Assembly (NCBI RefSeq): GCF_037042905.1
Contig: NC_087250.1
Span: forward strand, 19,098,001-19,162,000
DNA length: 64,000 bases
Origin: Lytechinus pictus
Lineage: Eukaryota
Direction of reading: 5' to 3'
Below the pieces are notes generated by a model. It saw nothing but the letters and a program-made list of their open reading frames with translations, ran no database searches and was not told where the DNA came from. Positions within the stretch are counted from its first letter, which is position 1. Every line of letters starts with the position of its first letter. Below, piece by piece: positions 37,476 through 51,900 of this stretch. A program made the translations under genes and the position numbers.

Positions 37476-39360
37476 TCAAATTTCAAATTCAAATTTATTT
37501 ATTTCACTTCCATCAATTGTACATACATGAATTGTATACCATATATAAACATAAATATTTGTATACGTTGCAAAAAAAGAAAATAATGATACATATGTTG
37601 TGAAAAAAAAAAAAAAAAAAAAAAACACTTAGACAATTTTGGCAACACATTGTAGGTTTTAAATAAGTATACTATTTTTCAATAGAAATTAAATTAAGAT
37701 GGAAATGGAGGGACCCACTAAAAAGCAATGCTTGTACAATGTGGGCCCCTCAAAAAAATAGATAACACAACAAATAACAAAATAACAAAATAGCAAAGTA
37801 TAAATACAGATAATCAAATGAGAAAAAAATCAATAACTGAGAGGGAAATACTCACAAAATAAATACAAAGTTATCAAAAATATACAGTTAGATAAAGGAC
37901 AAAACAACCCGTCCTAAAAATATCCACCCTTCCCCACCCCACCCCCCCCCCCAGAAAAAGAGAAGGAAAAAAAAAAAAAGAAAAAAAAAAGGGGAGAATG
38001 CCCTGAGAAGATGGATGGGTGTTGTTGTATGTAGATAGAACACATGCCGTCGTGGACTCAAGCAAACTGGATTCAATGATGTGTATAAAAGGAGAAAAAG
38101 TATATAAAATAACCTGGAAAGAATATAATGCACGAAAAATGTGATTGATGCCGTAAACAAATAACCGGTAGGAAGGCGGATAAGCGGACAGGATAGGAGA
38201 AAATAGAGGAGAGGATAGACACAATAATGTATGAGGTTCAATAATGAGCACATCGGAGAAGGACTTGTGTCAGATTTTTTTTAATAAAAAAAGGATAATA
38301 ATTATTTTATGTTTTAATTGTAGTCTTTAAAGTAATAATGATGACTTGACAGAGATGATGAATTAAACTTAATTTGGGAGTATATTATAAGGTTTTAATA
38401 GAGATAATTTGAATTTAGTCTTAAAAGAGTTCAAAGATGTTGCATTTGTTATATCATTATGAAGTGAGTTCCATAACTTCGGTCCATCATATATAAATGT
38501 GTTCTGAGCCCGCAAAGTTCTTAAAAGTGGTAAATGAAATTCACCCAATCGCCTTGTTGGATAGTTGTGAATGGATTGATTTTTTGGAAAAATTGAATTA
38601 AATACATTTGGGAGGTTGTTGTTGTTATAGTTATACATAAACTGACCGAGATTAAACAAATATAAGTCTTTAATTTTCAATATTTTATTTTCAAAAAATA
38701 ATGGGTCAGTATGAGACAAATATGCCGTGTGACATATAATACGTAGAGATTTCTTTTGTAATAGGAGTAATTTGTCTAAAAGTGTTTGTTGTGTATTACC
38801 CCACGCTAAAATTCCATAATTTAAATAAGGCAATATAAGGGATGAATATAATGTCAGCAGAGACGATAATGGTAAACAAAATTTAAGCTTGTTAATTATA
38901 CCAATGTTGCGTGAAATAGTTTTACATATGTTATCTATGTGAAATTTCCATGAGAGCTTATTATCGACTATCATTCCAAGAAACTTAATATGGGATACAT
39001 TTTCCAAGGGAGTTCCATCAAATATAATATCAACAGGAAGTGTATTTATAGAGTTGCTAAACAACATATATTTTGTTTTTTGAAGATTTAGTGACAATTT
39101 ATTTGCTCTAATCCATTCGGTGACATTTTCTAGTTCAGAGTTGATTATATTAGCAAGGTGAAGAGGATTTTTATGTGAAAAAAATAAATTGGAGTCGTCC
39201 GCAAAGAGAATGAAAGAAAGAACATCTGATGATCTACAAAAATCATTAATATAAACTATAAACAAAATCGGGCCTAAAATACTACCCTGGGGAACTCCAC
39301 AATAATTTTTTTTTCATTTGAGAACTGCAACCGTTTAAAAAGATATATTGCTTCCTATTC
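37475..39360 (-). mobile_element. 5'-truncated CR1/L2-group (Crack-like) LINE with RT C-terminus (ORF 38369-39265), 3' UTR and (TTTGAA)-type tail
   Basis: GVPQGSILGP just upstream of the ORF; FIVYINDF, LFADD, LSLNLQKTKYM, KFLGMIVD, YLNYGILAWG. The tail reads TTTCAAATTTCAAATTCAAATTTATTTATTTC on the + strand at ~37474-37506. Confidence 0.88.
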
Positions 39361-40311
39361 ATGAGGCTTTTTCAGCAGAGAAAAAATTATATTTAGACAA
39401 TTACTTCACAAAGAGGCCAAACACTTACAAAATGGAAAAATTATTCAACACAGCTAAATTAAACAATTCTAAATCTGGCTAAATTTTGTAAAATAATTAT
39501 GCTTCGCTTCTGATAGAGTAATCAAAGAATAGAAGTATTCATTTATTTCGTTTATTTGTCTTTTAATAATTTATCTTGATTACTATATAGATATAGATAT
39601 CACATATGTATTATTTGATAAACTGTTTAATCTTTGTATTTAGTTTGCTGCTGGTGCCTTTGTACGCATCATTATTTCCTTTTTTCTGTTAATTCTAAAA
39701 TTTAGTAATTCAAGAAATAATGTATTTATATCTTATTATAATATGTTATTATAATATTTCAGGGAAATATGTGGGTTTCTTGTTTGTATTTTTTGTTCAT
39801 TTATATTTTTTTTTAAATATGTTTAAAATTTAAATGCAAATATATGTTTCAAATGTTGTGTTCTCCAATACCCGTTGGGGTGATCTGAGAATAAATATTA
39901 CTGTAAATACTGTCATTACCTTCATTTTTACTGAGCGCAATGAATTAAATCGTATTTACCATGTTTACATGTGATCGGCTTTTGCATCGGCTCGCGGTTC
40001 TGAACCGATGCAGCGTGTAAACGCGGTGCAAGATATAAACCCAAAAGCCGATTCTGCATCGGCTCTTGGTCCTGAACCAAAAGCCGATCACATGTAAGCA
40101 CGGTAATTGTGACGTCACCTCATAAAGCCGTGCAACGGTACATTTTGGATGGTACGTCTTTTGTGCAACGGTACGAATGTTTGACATTCAGCCTCCCATT
40201 TTCTCGCGTACAACAAGCTAAGTAGGCGTTGGACAAAACACATTAGTGGACAATGACAGTCATCGAATAACCTTCAATCAAGAGCATTTATGTACAATGT
40301 CCACCACGTCT

Positions 40312-40458
40312 GGGTCCCGTTTCAAACAGACTTGTTATAGTAAGGAATTCCCAATTTATATAACGAGTGTACTATCAGCCAATCAAATCGAAGGATTTCC
40401 GTAGCTTTAAACTGTTATTGCAAATTTGTTATTATAAGACATTTTATGAAACAGGCCC
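40312..40458. mobile_element. Short MITE
   Basis: GGGTCCCGTTTCAAACAGACTTGTTAT ... ATAAGACATTTTATGAAACAGGCCC. Confidence 0.5.
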
Positions 40459-40699
40459 ATGTAGTACATAGGATGTAAAGTAATCACTATTACCAATGTT
40501 TGTCAAAATTATCGCTTATCTACATGAGTAATATATACATTTTAAAAATAAATTTAGGTATTCAAAAATATAAATGTATCGCATCGTTCTCTTTACTTGA
40601 TAATTTGAGTCTATTCTTTTATATTTTCTTATGTCTGGAACGTCAGGGAGATTGTGATTACATGAATACATGTTGATTATTTCGATGTTGGAACTGTGA

Positions 40700-43600
40700 G
40701 ATAAGACCGCGTAGACTCATATTTCACAAATCACCATCTCCCAGCCAAGATTTAATTAATGGTTAAGACCTCGTAGGCTCAAAATTCACAGGTCACCATC
40801 TCCCAGCCAAATATAAAGTGAAGGAGAGAGAGAGAGATAGAAATACTGGGTGTGCCGTTCACTTACAATTTAAAGGATACGACCTCGTAGGCTCATAATT
40901 CACAGTTCACCATCTCCCAGCCAAGTATAAGGTGAAGGAGAGAGAGAGAAAGAGATAGAAAAGAACTACTGGGTGTGCCGTTCACCTACAATTTAAAGGA
41001 TAAGCCCTCGTAGGCTCATAATTCACAGGTCACCATCTCCCATCCAAGTATATAGTGAAGGAGAGAGAGAGAGAGAGATAGAAAGAAAACACTGGGTGTG
41101 CCGAATTTAAAGGATAAGACCTCGTAGGCTCATAATTCGCTGGTCACCATCTCCCAGCCAAGTATAAAGTGAAGGAGAGAGAAAGAGAGAGAGAGAGATA
41201 GAAAGAAAACACTGGGTGTGCCGAATTTAAAGGATAAGACCTCGTAGGCTCATAATTCACAGGTCACCATCTCCCAGCCAAGTATAAAGTGAAGGAGAGA
41301 GAGAGAAAAAGATAGAAAGTAAATACTGGGTGTGCCGTTCACCTACGATTTAAAGTATAAGACCTCGTAGTCTCATAATTCACAGGTTAAGACCTCGTAG
41401 GCTCATAATTCACAGGTCACCATCTCCCAGCCAAGTATAAAGTGAAGGTGAGAGAAAGAGATAGAAAGTAAATACTGGGTGTGCCGTTCACCTACAATTT
41501 AAAGTATAAGACCTCGTAGGCGCATTATCACAGGCCACCATCTCCCAGCCAAGTATAAAGTGAAGGAGAAAGAGATAAAAAGAAAGGAAATACTGGGTGT
41601 GCCGTTCACCTACAATTTAAAGGATAAGACCTCGTAGGCTCATAATTCACAGGTTAAGACCTCGTAGGCTCATAATTCACAGGTCACCATCTCCCAGCCA
41701 AGTATAAAGTGCAGGAGAGAGAGAGTTAGAAATACTGGGTGTGCCGTTCACCTACAATTTAAAGGTTAAGACCTCGTAGGCTCATAATTCACAGGTCACC
41801 ATCTCCCAGCCAAGTATAAAGTGTAGGAGAGAGAGAGAGAGAGAGATATAGAAAGAAAACACTATGTGTGCTGAATTTAAAGGATAAGACCTCGTTGGCT
41901 CATAATTCACAGGTCACCATCTCCCAGCAAAATATAAAGTGAAGGAGAGAGAGAGAGAAAGAGATAGAAAGTAAATACTGGGTGTGCCGTTCACTTACAA
42001 TTTAAAGTATAAGACCTCGTAGGCTCATAATCACAGGCCACCATCTCCCAGCCAAGTATAAAGTGAAGGAGAAAGAGATAAAAAGAAAGGATATACTGGG
42101 TGTGCCGTTCACCTACAATTTAAAGGATAAGACCTCGTAGGCTCATAATTCACAGGTTAAGACCTCGTAGGCTCATAATTCACAGGTCACCATCTCCCAG
42201 CCAAGTATAAAGTGCAGGAGAGAGAGAGTTAGAAATACTGGGTGTGCCGTTCACCTACAATTTAAAGGTTAAGACCTCGTAGGCTCATAATTCACAGGTC
42301 ACCATCTCCCAGCCAAGTATAAAGTGAAGGAGAGAGAGAGAGAGAGAGATATAGAAAGAAAACACTATGTGTGCTGAATTTAAAGGATAAGACCTCGTTG
42401 GCTCATAATTCACAGGTCACCATCTCCCAGCAAAATATAAAGTGAAGGAGAGAGAGAGAGAAAGAGATAGAAAGTAAATACTGGGTGTGCCGTTCACCTA
42501 CAATTTAAAGGATAAGACCTCGTAGGCTCATAATTCAAAGGTTAAGACCTCGTAGGCTCATAATTCACAGGCCACCATCTCCCAGCCGAGTATAAAGTGA
42601 AGGAGAGAGAGAGTTAGAAATACTGGGTGTGCCGTCACCTACAATTTAAAGTATAAGACCTCGTAGGCTCATAATTCAAAGGTTAAGACCTCGTAGGCTC
42701 ATAATTTACAGGTCACCATCTCCCAGCCAAGTATAAAGTGAAGGAGATAAAGAGTTAGAAATACTGGGTGTGCCGTTCACCTACAATTTAAAGTATAAGA
42801 CCTCGTAGGCGCATTATCACAGGCCACCATCTCCCAGCCAAGTATAAAGTGAAGGAGAAAGAGATAAAAAGAAAGGAAATACTGGGTGTGCCGTTCACCT
42901 ACAATTTAAAGGATAAGACCTCGTAGGCTCATAATTCACAGGTTAAGACCTCGTAGGCTCATAATTCACAGGTCACCATCTCCCAGCCAAGTATAAAGTG
43001 CAGGAGAGAGAGAGTTAGAAATACTGGGTGTGCCGTTCACCTACAATTTAAAGGTTAAGACCTCGTAGGCTCATAATTCACAGGTCACCATCTCCCAGCC
43101 AAGTATAAAGTGAAGGAGAGAGAGAGAGATATAGAAAGAAAACACTATGTGTGCTGAATTTAAAGGATAAGACCTCGTTGGCTCATAATTCACAGGTCAC
43201 CATCTCCCAGCAAAATATAAAGTGAAGGAGAGAGAGAGAGAAAGAGATAGAAAGTAAATACTGGGTGTGCCGTTCACCTACAATTTAAAGGATAAGACCT
43301 CGTAGGCTCATAATTCAAAGGTTAAGACCTCGTAGGCTCATAATTCACAGGCCACCATCTCCCAGCCGAGTATAAAGTGAAGGAGAGAGAGAGTTAGAAA
43401 TACTGGGTGTGCCGTCACCTACAATTTAAAGTATAAGACCTCGTAGGCACATAATCACAGGCCACCATCTCCCAGCCAAGTATAAAGTGAAGGAGAAAGA
43501 GATAGAAAGAAAGGAAATACTGAATGTGCCGTTCACCTACAATTTAAAGGATAAGACCTCGTAGGCTCATAATTTAAAGGATAAGACCTCGTAGGCTCAT

Positions 43601-46600
43601 AATTCACAGGTTAAGACCTCGTAGGCACATAATCACAGGCCACCATCTCCCAGCCAAGTATAAAGTGAAGGAGAAAGAGTTAAAAGAAAGGAAATACTGG
43701 GTGTGCCGTTCACCTACAATTTAAAGGATAAGACCTCGTAGGCTCATAATTCACAGGTTAAGACCTCGTAGGCTCATAATTCACAGGTCACCATCTCCCA
43801 GCCAAGTATAAAGTGAAGGAGAGAGAGAGTTAGAAATACTGGGTGTGCCGTTCACCTACAATTTAAAGGATAAGACCTCGTAGGCTCGTAATTCATAGGT
43901 CACCATCTCCCAGCCAATTATAAAGTGAAGGAGAGAGAGAGAAAGAGAGGGGAAGAAAACACTGGGTGTGCCGAATTTAAAGGATAAGACCTCGTAGGCT
44001 CATAATTCACAGTTCACCATCTCCCAGCCAAGTATAAAGTGAAGGAGAGAGAGAGAGACAGAGAGAAAGAAAACACTAGGTGTGCCGAATATAAAGGATA
44101 ATACCTCGTTGGCTCATTATTCACAGGTCACCATCTCCCAGCCAAATATAAAGTGAAGGAGAGAGAGAGAGAAAGAGATAGAAAGTAAATACTGGGTGTG
44201 CCGTTCACCTACAATTTAAAGGATAAGACCTAGTAGGCACGTAATTCACAGGTTAAGACCTCGTAGACTTATAATTCACAGGTCACCATCTCCCAGCCAA
44301 GTATAAAGTGAAGGAGAGAGAGAGTTAGAAATACTGGGTGTGCCGTTCACCTACAATTTAAAGTATAAGAACTCGTAGGCTCATAATTCACAGGTTAAGA
44401 CCTCGTAGGCTCATAATTCATAGGTCACCATCTCCCAGCCAAGTATAAAGTGAAGGAGAGAAAGAGAAAGAGATAGAAAGTAAATACTGGGTGTGCCGTT
44501 CACCTACAATTTAAAGTATAAGACCTCGTAGGCTCATAATTCACAGGTTAAGACCTCGTAGGCTCATAATTCACAGGTCACCATCTCCCAGCCAAGTATA
44601 AAGTGAAGGAGAGAGAGAGAAAGAGATAGAAAGTAAATACTGGGTGTGCCGTTCACCTACAATTTAAAGGATAAGAACTCGTAGGCTCATAATTCACAGG
44701 TTAAGACCTCGTAGGCTCATAATTCACAGGTCACCATCTCCTAGCCGAGTATAAAGTGAAGGAGAGAGAGAGTTAGAAATACTAGGTGTGCCGTTTACCT
44801 ACAATTTAAAGAATAAGACCTCGTAGGCTCATAATTCATAGGTCACCATCTCCCAGCCAATTATAAAGTGAAGGAGAGAGAGAGAAAGAGAGGGGAAGAA
44901 AACACTGGGTGTGCCGAATTTAAAGGATAAGACCTCGTAGGCTCATAATTCACAGTTTACCATCTCCAAGCCAAGTATAAAGTGAAGGAGAGAGAGAGAG
45001 AGAGAGATAAAAAGAAAACACTAGGTGTGCCGAATTTAAAGGATAAGACCTCGTTGGCTCATAATTCACAGGTCACCATCTCCTAGCCAAATATAAAGTG
45101 AAGGAGAGAGAGAGAGAAAGAGATAGAAAGTAAATACTGGATGTGCCGTTCACCTACAATTTAAAGGATAAGACCTCGTAGGCTCATAATTCACAGGTTA
45201 AGACCTCGTAGACTCATAATTCACAGGTCACCATCTCCCAGCCAAGTATAAAGTGAAGGAGAGAGAGAGTTAGAAATACTGGGTGTGCCGTTCACCTACA
45301 ATTTAAAGGATAAGACCTCGTAGGCACATAATTCACAGGTTAAGACCTCGTAGACTCATAATTCACAGGTCACCATCTCCCAGCCAAGTATAAAGTGAAG
45401 GAGAGAGAGAGTTAGAAATACTGGGTGTGCCGTTCACCTACAATTTAAAGTATAAGAACTCGTAGGCTCATAATTCACAGGTTAAGACCTCGTAGGCCCA
45501 TAATTCATAGGTCACCATCTCCCAGCCAAGTATAAAGTGAAGGAGAGAAAGAGAAAGAGATAGAAAGTAAATACTGGGTGTGCCGTTCACCTACAATTTA
45601 AAGTATAAGACCTCGTAGGCTCATAATTCACAGGTTAAGACCTCGTAGGCTCATAATTCACAGGTCACCATCTCCCAGCCAAGTATAAAGTGAAGGAGAG
45701 AAAGAGAAAGAGATAGAAAGTAAATACTGGGTGTGCCGTTCACCTACAATTTAAAGGATAATAACTCGTAGGCTCATAATTCACAGGTTAAGACCTCGTA
45801 GGCTCATAATTCACAGGTCACCATCTCCCAGCCGAGTATAAAGTGAAGGAGAGAGAGAGTTAGAAATACTGGGTGTGCCGTTCACCTACAATTTAATGTA
45901 TAAGACCTCGTAGGCACATAATCACAGGCCACCATCTCCCAGTCAAGTATAAAGTGAAGGAGAAAGAGATAGAAAGAAAGGAAATACTGAATGTGCCGTT
46001 CACCTGCAATTTAAAGGATAAGACCTCGGAGGCTCATAATTCATAGGTCACCATCTCCCAGCCAATTATAAAGTGAAGGAGAGAGAGAGAAAGAGAGGGG
46101 AAGAAAGGAATTACTGGGTGTGCCGTTCACCTACAATTTAAAGGATAAGACCTCGTAGGCTCATAATTCATAGGTCACCATCTCCCAAGCCAATTACAAA
46201 GTGAAGGAGAGAGAGAGAAAGAGAGAGATAGAAAGGAAATACTTGGCGTGCCGTTCACCTACAATTTAAAGTTTAAGACCTCGTAGGCTAATAATTCACA
46301 GGTCACCATCTCCCATCCAAGTATAAAGTGAAGGAGAAAAAGAGAGAGAAATATATATATAAAGGAAATACTGGGTGTGCCGTTCACCTACAATTTAAAG
46401 GATTAGACCTCGTAGGCTCATAATTCACAGTTTATAATCCCCCAGCCAAGGATAGAATGAAAGAAAGAGATAAAAAGAAAGTACTGGGTGTGTCGTTCGC
46501 CCACAATTTAAAGGATATGACCTCGTAGGCTCATAATTTACCGGTCACCATCTCCCAGCCATGTATACAGTGAATGAGAGAGAGAGAGAGATTGAAAGGA

Positions 46601-48950
46601 AATACTGGGTGAGCCGTTCACCTTAAAGGATAAGACCTCGTTGGCTCATAAACTGTGTTCACCTACAATTTAAAGGATAATACCTCGTAGGCTAATAATT
46701 CACAGGTCACAATCTCCCAGCCAAGTATAAAGTGAAGGAGAGAGAGAGAGAGAGATAGAAAGTAAATACTGGGAGTGCCATTCACCTACGATTTAAAGTA
46801 TAAGACCTCGCAGGCTCATAATTCACAGGTTAAGACCTCGTAGGCTCATAATTCACAGGTCACCATCTCCCAGCCAAGTATAAAGTGAAGGAGAGAGAAA
46901 GAGATAAAAAGAAAGGAAATACTGGGTGTGCCGTTCACCTACAATTTAAAGGATAGGACCTCGTAGGCTCATAACTCACAGGTTAAGACCTCGTAGGCTC
47001 ATAATTCACAGGTCACCATCTCCCAGCCAAGTATAAAGTGAATGAGAGAGAGAGAAAGAGATAGAAAGTAAATACTGGGTGTGCCTTTCACCTACAATTT
47101 AAAGTATAAAACCTCGTAGGCACATAATCACAGGCCACCATCTCCCAGCCAAGTATGAAGTGAAGGAGAAAGAGATAAAAAGAAAGGAAATACTGGGTGT
47201 GCCGTTCACCTACAATTTAAAGGATAAGACCTCGTAGGCTCATAATTCATAGGTCACCATCTCCCAGCCAATTATAAAGTGAAGGAGAGAGAGAGAAAGA
47301 GAGGGGAAGAAAACGCTGGGTGTGCCGAATTTAAAGGATAAGACCTCGTAGGCTCATAATTCACAGGTCACCATCTCCCAGCCAAGTATAAAGTGAAGGA
47401 GAAAGAGATAGAAAGAAAGGAAATACTGGGTGTGCCGTTCACCTACAATTTAAAGTTTAAGACCTCGTAGGCTAATAATTCAGAGGTCACCATCTCCCAT
47501 CCAAGTATAAAGTGAAGGAGAAAAAGAGAGAGAGAGAGAGAGAGATATATAAAGGAAATACTGGGTGTGCTGTTCACCTACAATTTAAAGGATTAGACCT
47601 CGTAGGCTCATAATTTACAGTTTATAATCCCCCAGCCAAGGATAGAATGAAAGAAAGAGATAAAAAGAAAATACTGGGTGTGTCGTTCGCCCACAATTTA
47701 AAGGATATGACCTCGTAGGCTCATAATTTACCGGTCACCATCTCCCAGCCATGTATACAGTGAATGAGAGAGAGATTGAAAGGAAATACTGGGTTTGCCG
47801 TTCACCTTAAAGGATAAGACCTCGTTGGCTCATAAACTGGGTTCACCTACAATTTAAAGGATAATACCTCGTAGGCTCATAATTCACAGGTCACCATCTC
47901 CTAGCCAAGTATAAAGTGAAGTAGAGAGAGAGAGAGAGATAGAAAGAAAATACTGGGTGTGCCGTTCACCTTAAAGGATAAGGCCTCGTTGGCTCATAAT
48001 TTACTGGGGCGGTATTCTGAGGTCATTTTATCTTTAAAATATTTTATTTTATCTCTTAAAATGAAATTGGTATTCTGAGATGACATTTTATCTCTCAGAT
48101 TAAATTTACAATTTTATCTTGCGTATTTATGATGATACACAACAGAGCAGTGGCTGCGTAGACATACCCATCGCGTATCTGGCCATTGCAATGCGGGTGA
48201 TGTGCTTGCGCCCAAGTTACTTTGAAGAAAAAATAAAATAAACTTAAAAGAGGGTAGGGGCTATTTTATCTCCGCGACGTTGATTTCGTCAATGTTTTTA
48301 AGTGAATTAACTCCAAATGTTGGCATGAAAATTAAGAAAAATGATATATTCATTGAGAACAACACCTTAAAGTTATTCCTGTACAATCAGGAAGCATTTC
48401 ATAAGACTTTTCTTGACTAATATTGTCTTTGAAATGATGCTTGAAAAGATGCGATATCGACTTCGAAAAAAAGATGAGAGTATTGCCATTTTTGTTAAAA
48501 AGAAATCTCTGTAAAGACGCGCAAGCGTATAGTGCAAGCGTATTGAAGTCAATAAATTGACGCAATCTCACCTCTTCGCCACACCTCCTAGCGGAATGGA
48601 TTTCCATTGGTTGAGTGATATGAGAGAGCTATAAAAGCGTGTTTCTTATTGGATATTGATTTAAAAATAGGTGTGTCTTACAGAGATAAAATGAAGATAA
48701 AATTGTTCTCAGAATACCAAGTCGGAGAGATTTAAAGGGTATTTTATCTCACTGATTTTAACGGAGATAAAATATTTTATTTTATCTGAGATAAAATGGA
48801 TCTCAGAATACCACCCCAGGTCACCATCTCCTAGCAAGGAATAAAGTGGTAGAGAGAGAGTATTGTAGAAAGGAAATACTGTGTGTGCCCGTCACTTACA
48901 ATTAAAAAGAGGTAACCTCCTAGGCTAATAATTCACAAACCATCAACTAT
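40700..48950 (+). repeat. Satellite array, ~120-150 bp unit with an internal variable (GA)n tract
   Basis: Consensus AAGACCTCGTAGGCTCATAATTCACAGGTCACCATCTCCCAGCCAAGTATAAAGTGAAG(GA)n..AAATACTGGGTGTGCCGTTCACCTACAATTTAAAGGAT, repeated dozens of times. Confidence 0.97.
48007..48816. mobile_element. PIF/Harbinger-like MITE inserted into a satellite unit
   Basis: CTG|GGGCGGTATTCTGAG ... CTCAGAATACCACCC|CAG. The satellite unit resumes exactly (GTCACCATCTC); CWG-type 3 bp TSD with one mismatch. Confidence 0.85.
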
Positions 48951-51900
48951 TTGCCAGGAATAAATAGAAAGAGAAGATGAGAAAGGGAGTGGGACAAACA
49001 TATATCCAAAAAAAGAAACAATTTCTTGCCTAAACTACTTTGTACAACATTCATTTTAAATAACACCATGTAATGTATTTTTATTATAATTTATTTCTCC
49101 TTTTTGTCAACACTACTGCTATATCGAATGGGGTAATGTTGGCGAGACCGCCAAGAAGTGTTCCACTTGTTATGTACCATGAGCGCACCATATATGCCCT
49201 GAGTAAAGTTGCCTGTTCAAATAAATTATCAAATATAGTGCAATTCCAGCGCTTTGGGCATATGTTTTGTATATTTGGCATTAAAAAACACATCATTATC
49301 ATTTCAAACCTTTCTGTGGTTATCACAGAATCACAGAATCAATACGTATCAGCCTGAAGTCAGGGGCTGCTCTCCATGGGGAGGAGGCGACTACTCCCTA
49401 ATTTTTTTTCAACTAGGGAAATGGACCGGAAGAGAAAATAGAGAATGGTCATAACGTCATCATGCCCTTTGTCGAAATATCTCGATGCCTCCCTGCCTGT
49501 GTTATCTACCTGAATTTTAATAAGTTATATTCTTTATTCGGAATAATTACATCTAATTTTTGTCATTATGGGCATTACATTTTGCGTTTGTAGAAAGTAT
49601 ATAACATAAATAACCTAAGGCTCGCACGAAGCACAACATTTGTTTATAGATGTAATCTATACCTGAATACATAGTAAGCATCAATAAAGGGAGACATTCA
49701 AGAAAGAAAAAAATGTGGAATTAAAATGTTGATGAGCGTATTAAGAAGGGTAAGTGGGATTGGAAATTGACATAAAAGAAAGAGGGGAGAAAGGAGTAGA
49801 TGGAGTTCCAATGCTATAATCCCTGTTGCAATGGAGAGAATGATAAAGCCTAGAGTAATAAAGAAGCCGCACCGAGGGTCCAAAAGGTTGATTTTTCATC
49901 CCCCCTTTATAATTAGTTGTTTCTATGTAACTGCAACTAAGTCAAATGTCTAGTGTGGGTGTCGATCAAGAGGATGTTATGTTCCCTACCCCACACCCCC
50001 CCCCCCCCCCATATTCCAGGTGAGTGGGACGCCGAATTGATATTTGAATTAAGGGCGGCGATAGAATGTTCTAACTAGGGGCCGGCGAATTTATGACGCC
50101 GAATCGAGGTTCGAACTAGGGGACCCAAGGCGTCGTAAAATTAATGTTCAAATCAAAGGGGCGCCAAATTGATGTTTGAACTAGGGGTGGGGTTCGAAAG
50201 AGGGAAAGCTTCCAATTGATGTTCGATCTAGGGGGGGGGGTAAATTAATGTTTGAACAAGGGAACGCCGAATTAATGTTCGTACTAGAAGAGGGGTACTA
50301 AAATGATGTTCGAACTAGGGGAGCGCCAAATCGATGTTCGAATGAGGGGGTGCCGAATTGATGTTCGAACTAGGGGGCACCAAAGTGATATTCTACGTAG
50401 GGGGCACGTAATTGATGTTCGAACTAAGGGCCTTAGGGGGCGCTGAATTGATGTTTGAACTATATGGGGCGCCATGTGGATGTTCGATCTAGAGGGCCGC
50501 AGAATGGATTTGCCAAGTAGGAGGGGGCGATTTGATGTTCGAATTAGGGGCCCCTTGGGGTCGCCCAATCGATGATCGCATGAGGGGGCGCCGAATTGAT
50601 GTTTGTATTAGGGGGCGCCACACTGATGTTCGAACTCGAGAAGCTCCGAATCTACGTTCCAATGAGGGTGTGCCGAATTGATTTTCAAACTAGGGGGCGA
50701 ATTGATGTTCCAAGTAGGGGGAGCCGAATTGGTGTTCAAAGTAGGGCACCCTAGGGAGGCCAACTCGATGTTTGAATTAGGGGGCGCCGAATGGATGTTT
50801 GAACAAGGCGGCGCCACTAGGGGGGGGGCGCCAAATTGATATTCGAACTAGGAGAGGGGTGCCAAATTGATGTTCGAACTAGCATGACTAGGGGAGCGCC
50901 AAGTCGATGTTTGAATGAGGAGGGGTGCCATTCTGTTGTTCACACTAAAGTAGCGCTGAATTGATGTTCGAATAAGGGAGCACCGAATTGATGTTCGAAC
51001 TCGGGGGCGCCGAAGTGATATTCTACCTAGGGGGCACCAAATTGATGCTCGAACTAGGGGCCTAAGGGGGCGCTGGATTGGTGTTTGAACTAGGGGGCGC
51101 CACGCTGATGTTCGACCTGGTGGAGGCAAAATGATGTCCGACCTAGGGGGCGCCAATTTGATGTTCGACCTAAGGGGGTGCCAAATTGTTTTTGACGTAG
51201 GGGGCGCCGAATTGATGTTCGTGCTAGGATCGCCACGTTGAAGTTAAAACTAGGTGGGCGCCGAATCGATGTTCGAACTAGGGGGCACCGAATTGATGCT
51301 CGAACTAGGGGCCTAAGGGGGCGCTGAATTGATGTTTGAACTAGGGGGCGCCACGCTGATGTTCGAACAAGAGAAGCTCCGAATCTACGTTAGAATGAGG
51401 GGGCGCCGAATTGATGTTCGAACTGGGGGAGGCAAAATGATGTTCGACCTAGGGGGCGCCAAATTGTTTTTGACCTAGGGGGCGCCGAATTGATGTTCGT
51501 GCTAGGATCGCCACATTGAAGTTAAACCTAGGTGGGCGCCGAATCGATGTTCGAACTAGGGGGCACCGAATGGATGTTTGAACTAGGAGGCGCCGAATAG
51601 ATGTATGTTCGAACTAGAGGGGCGCCAAATTGATGTTCCAAGAAGGGAGAGCTGAATTGATGTTTGAACTATATAGGGGGGCGACGAATCAATGTTCGAA
51701 TTAGGGCGCCCAAGGGCGCGCAAATCTTATGTTGGAACTACAGAGGCGCTGAATTGACGTTCGAATGAGGGGGTGCCGAATTGTTCGAATAGGGGGAGGG
51801 GGCAAAGTGATGTTCGACCTAGGGGAGCCAAATCGATGTTCGACTTAGGGAGGTGCCGAATTGTGTTCGACCTAGGGGGGGGGGCCGATATGATGTTCGT

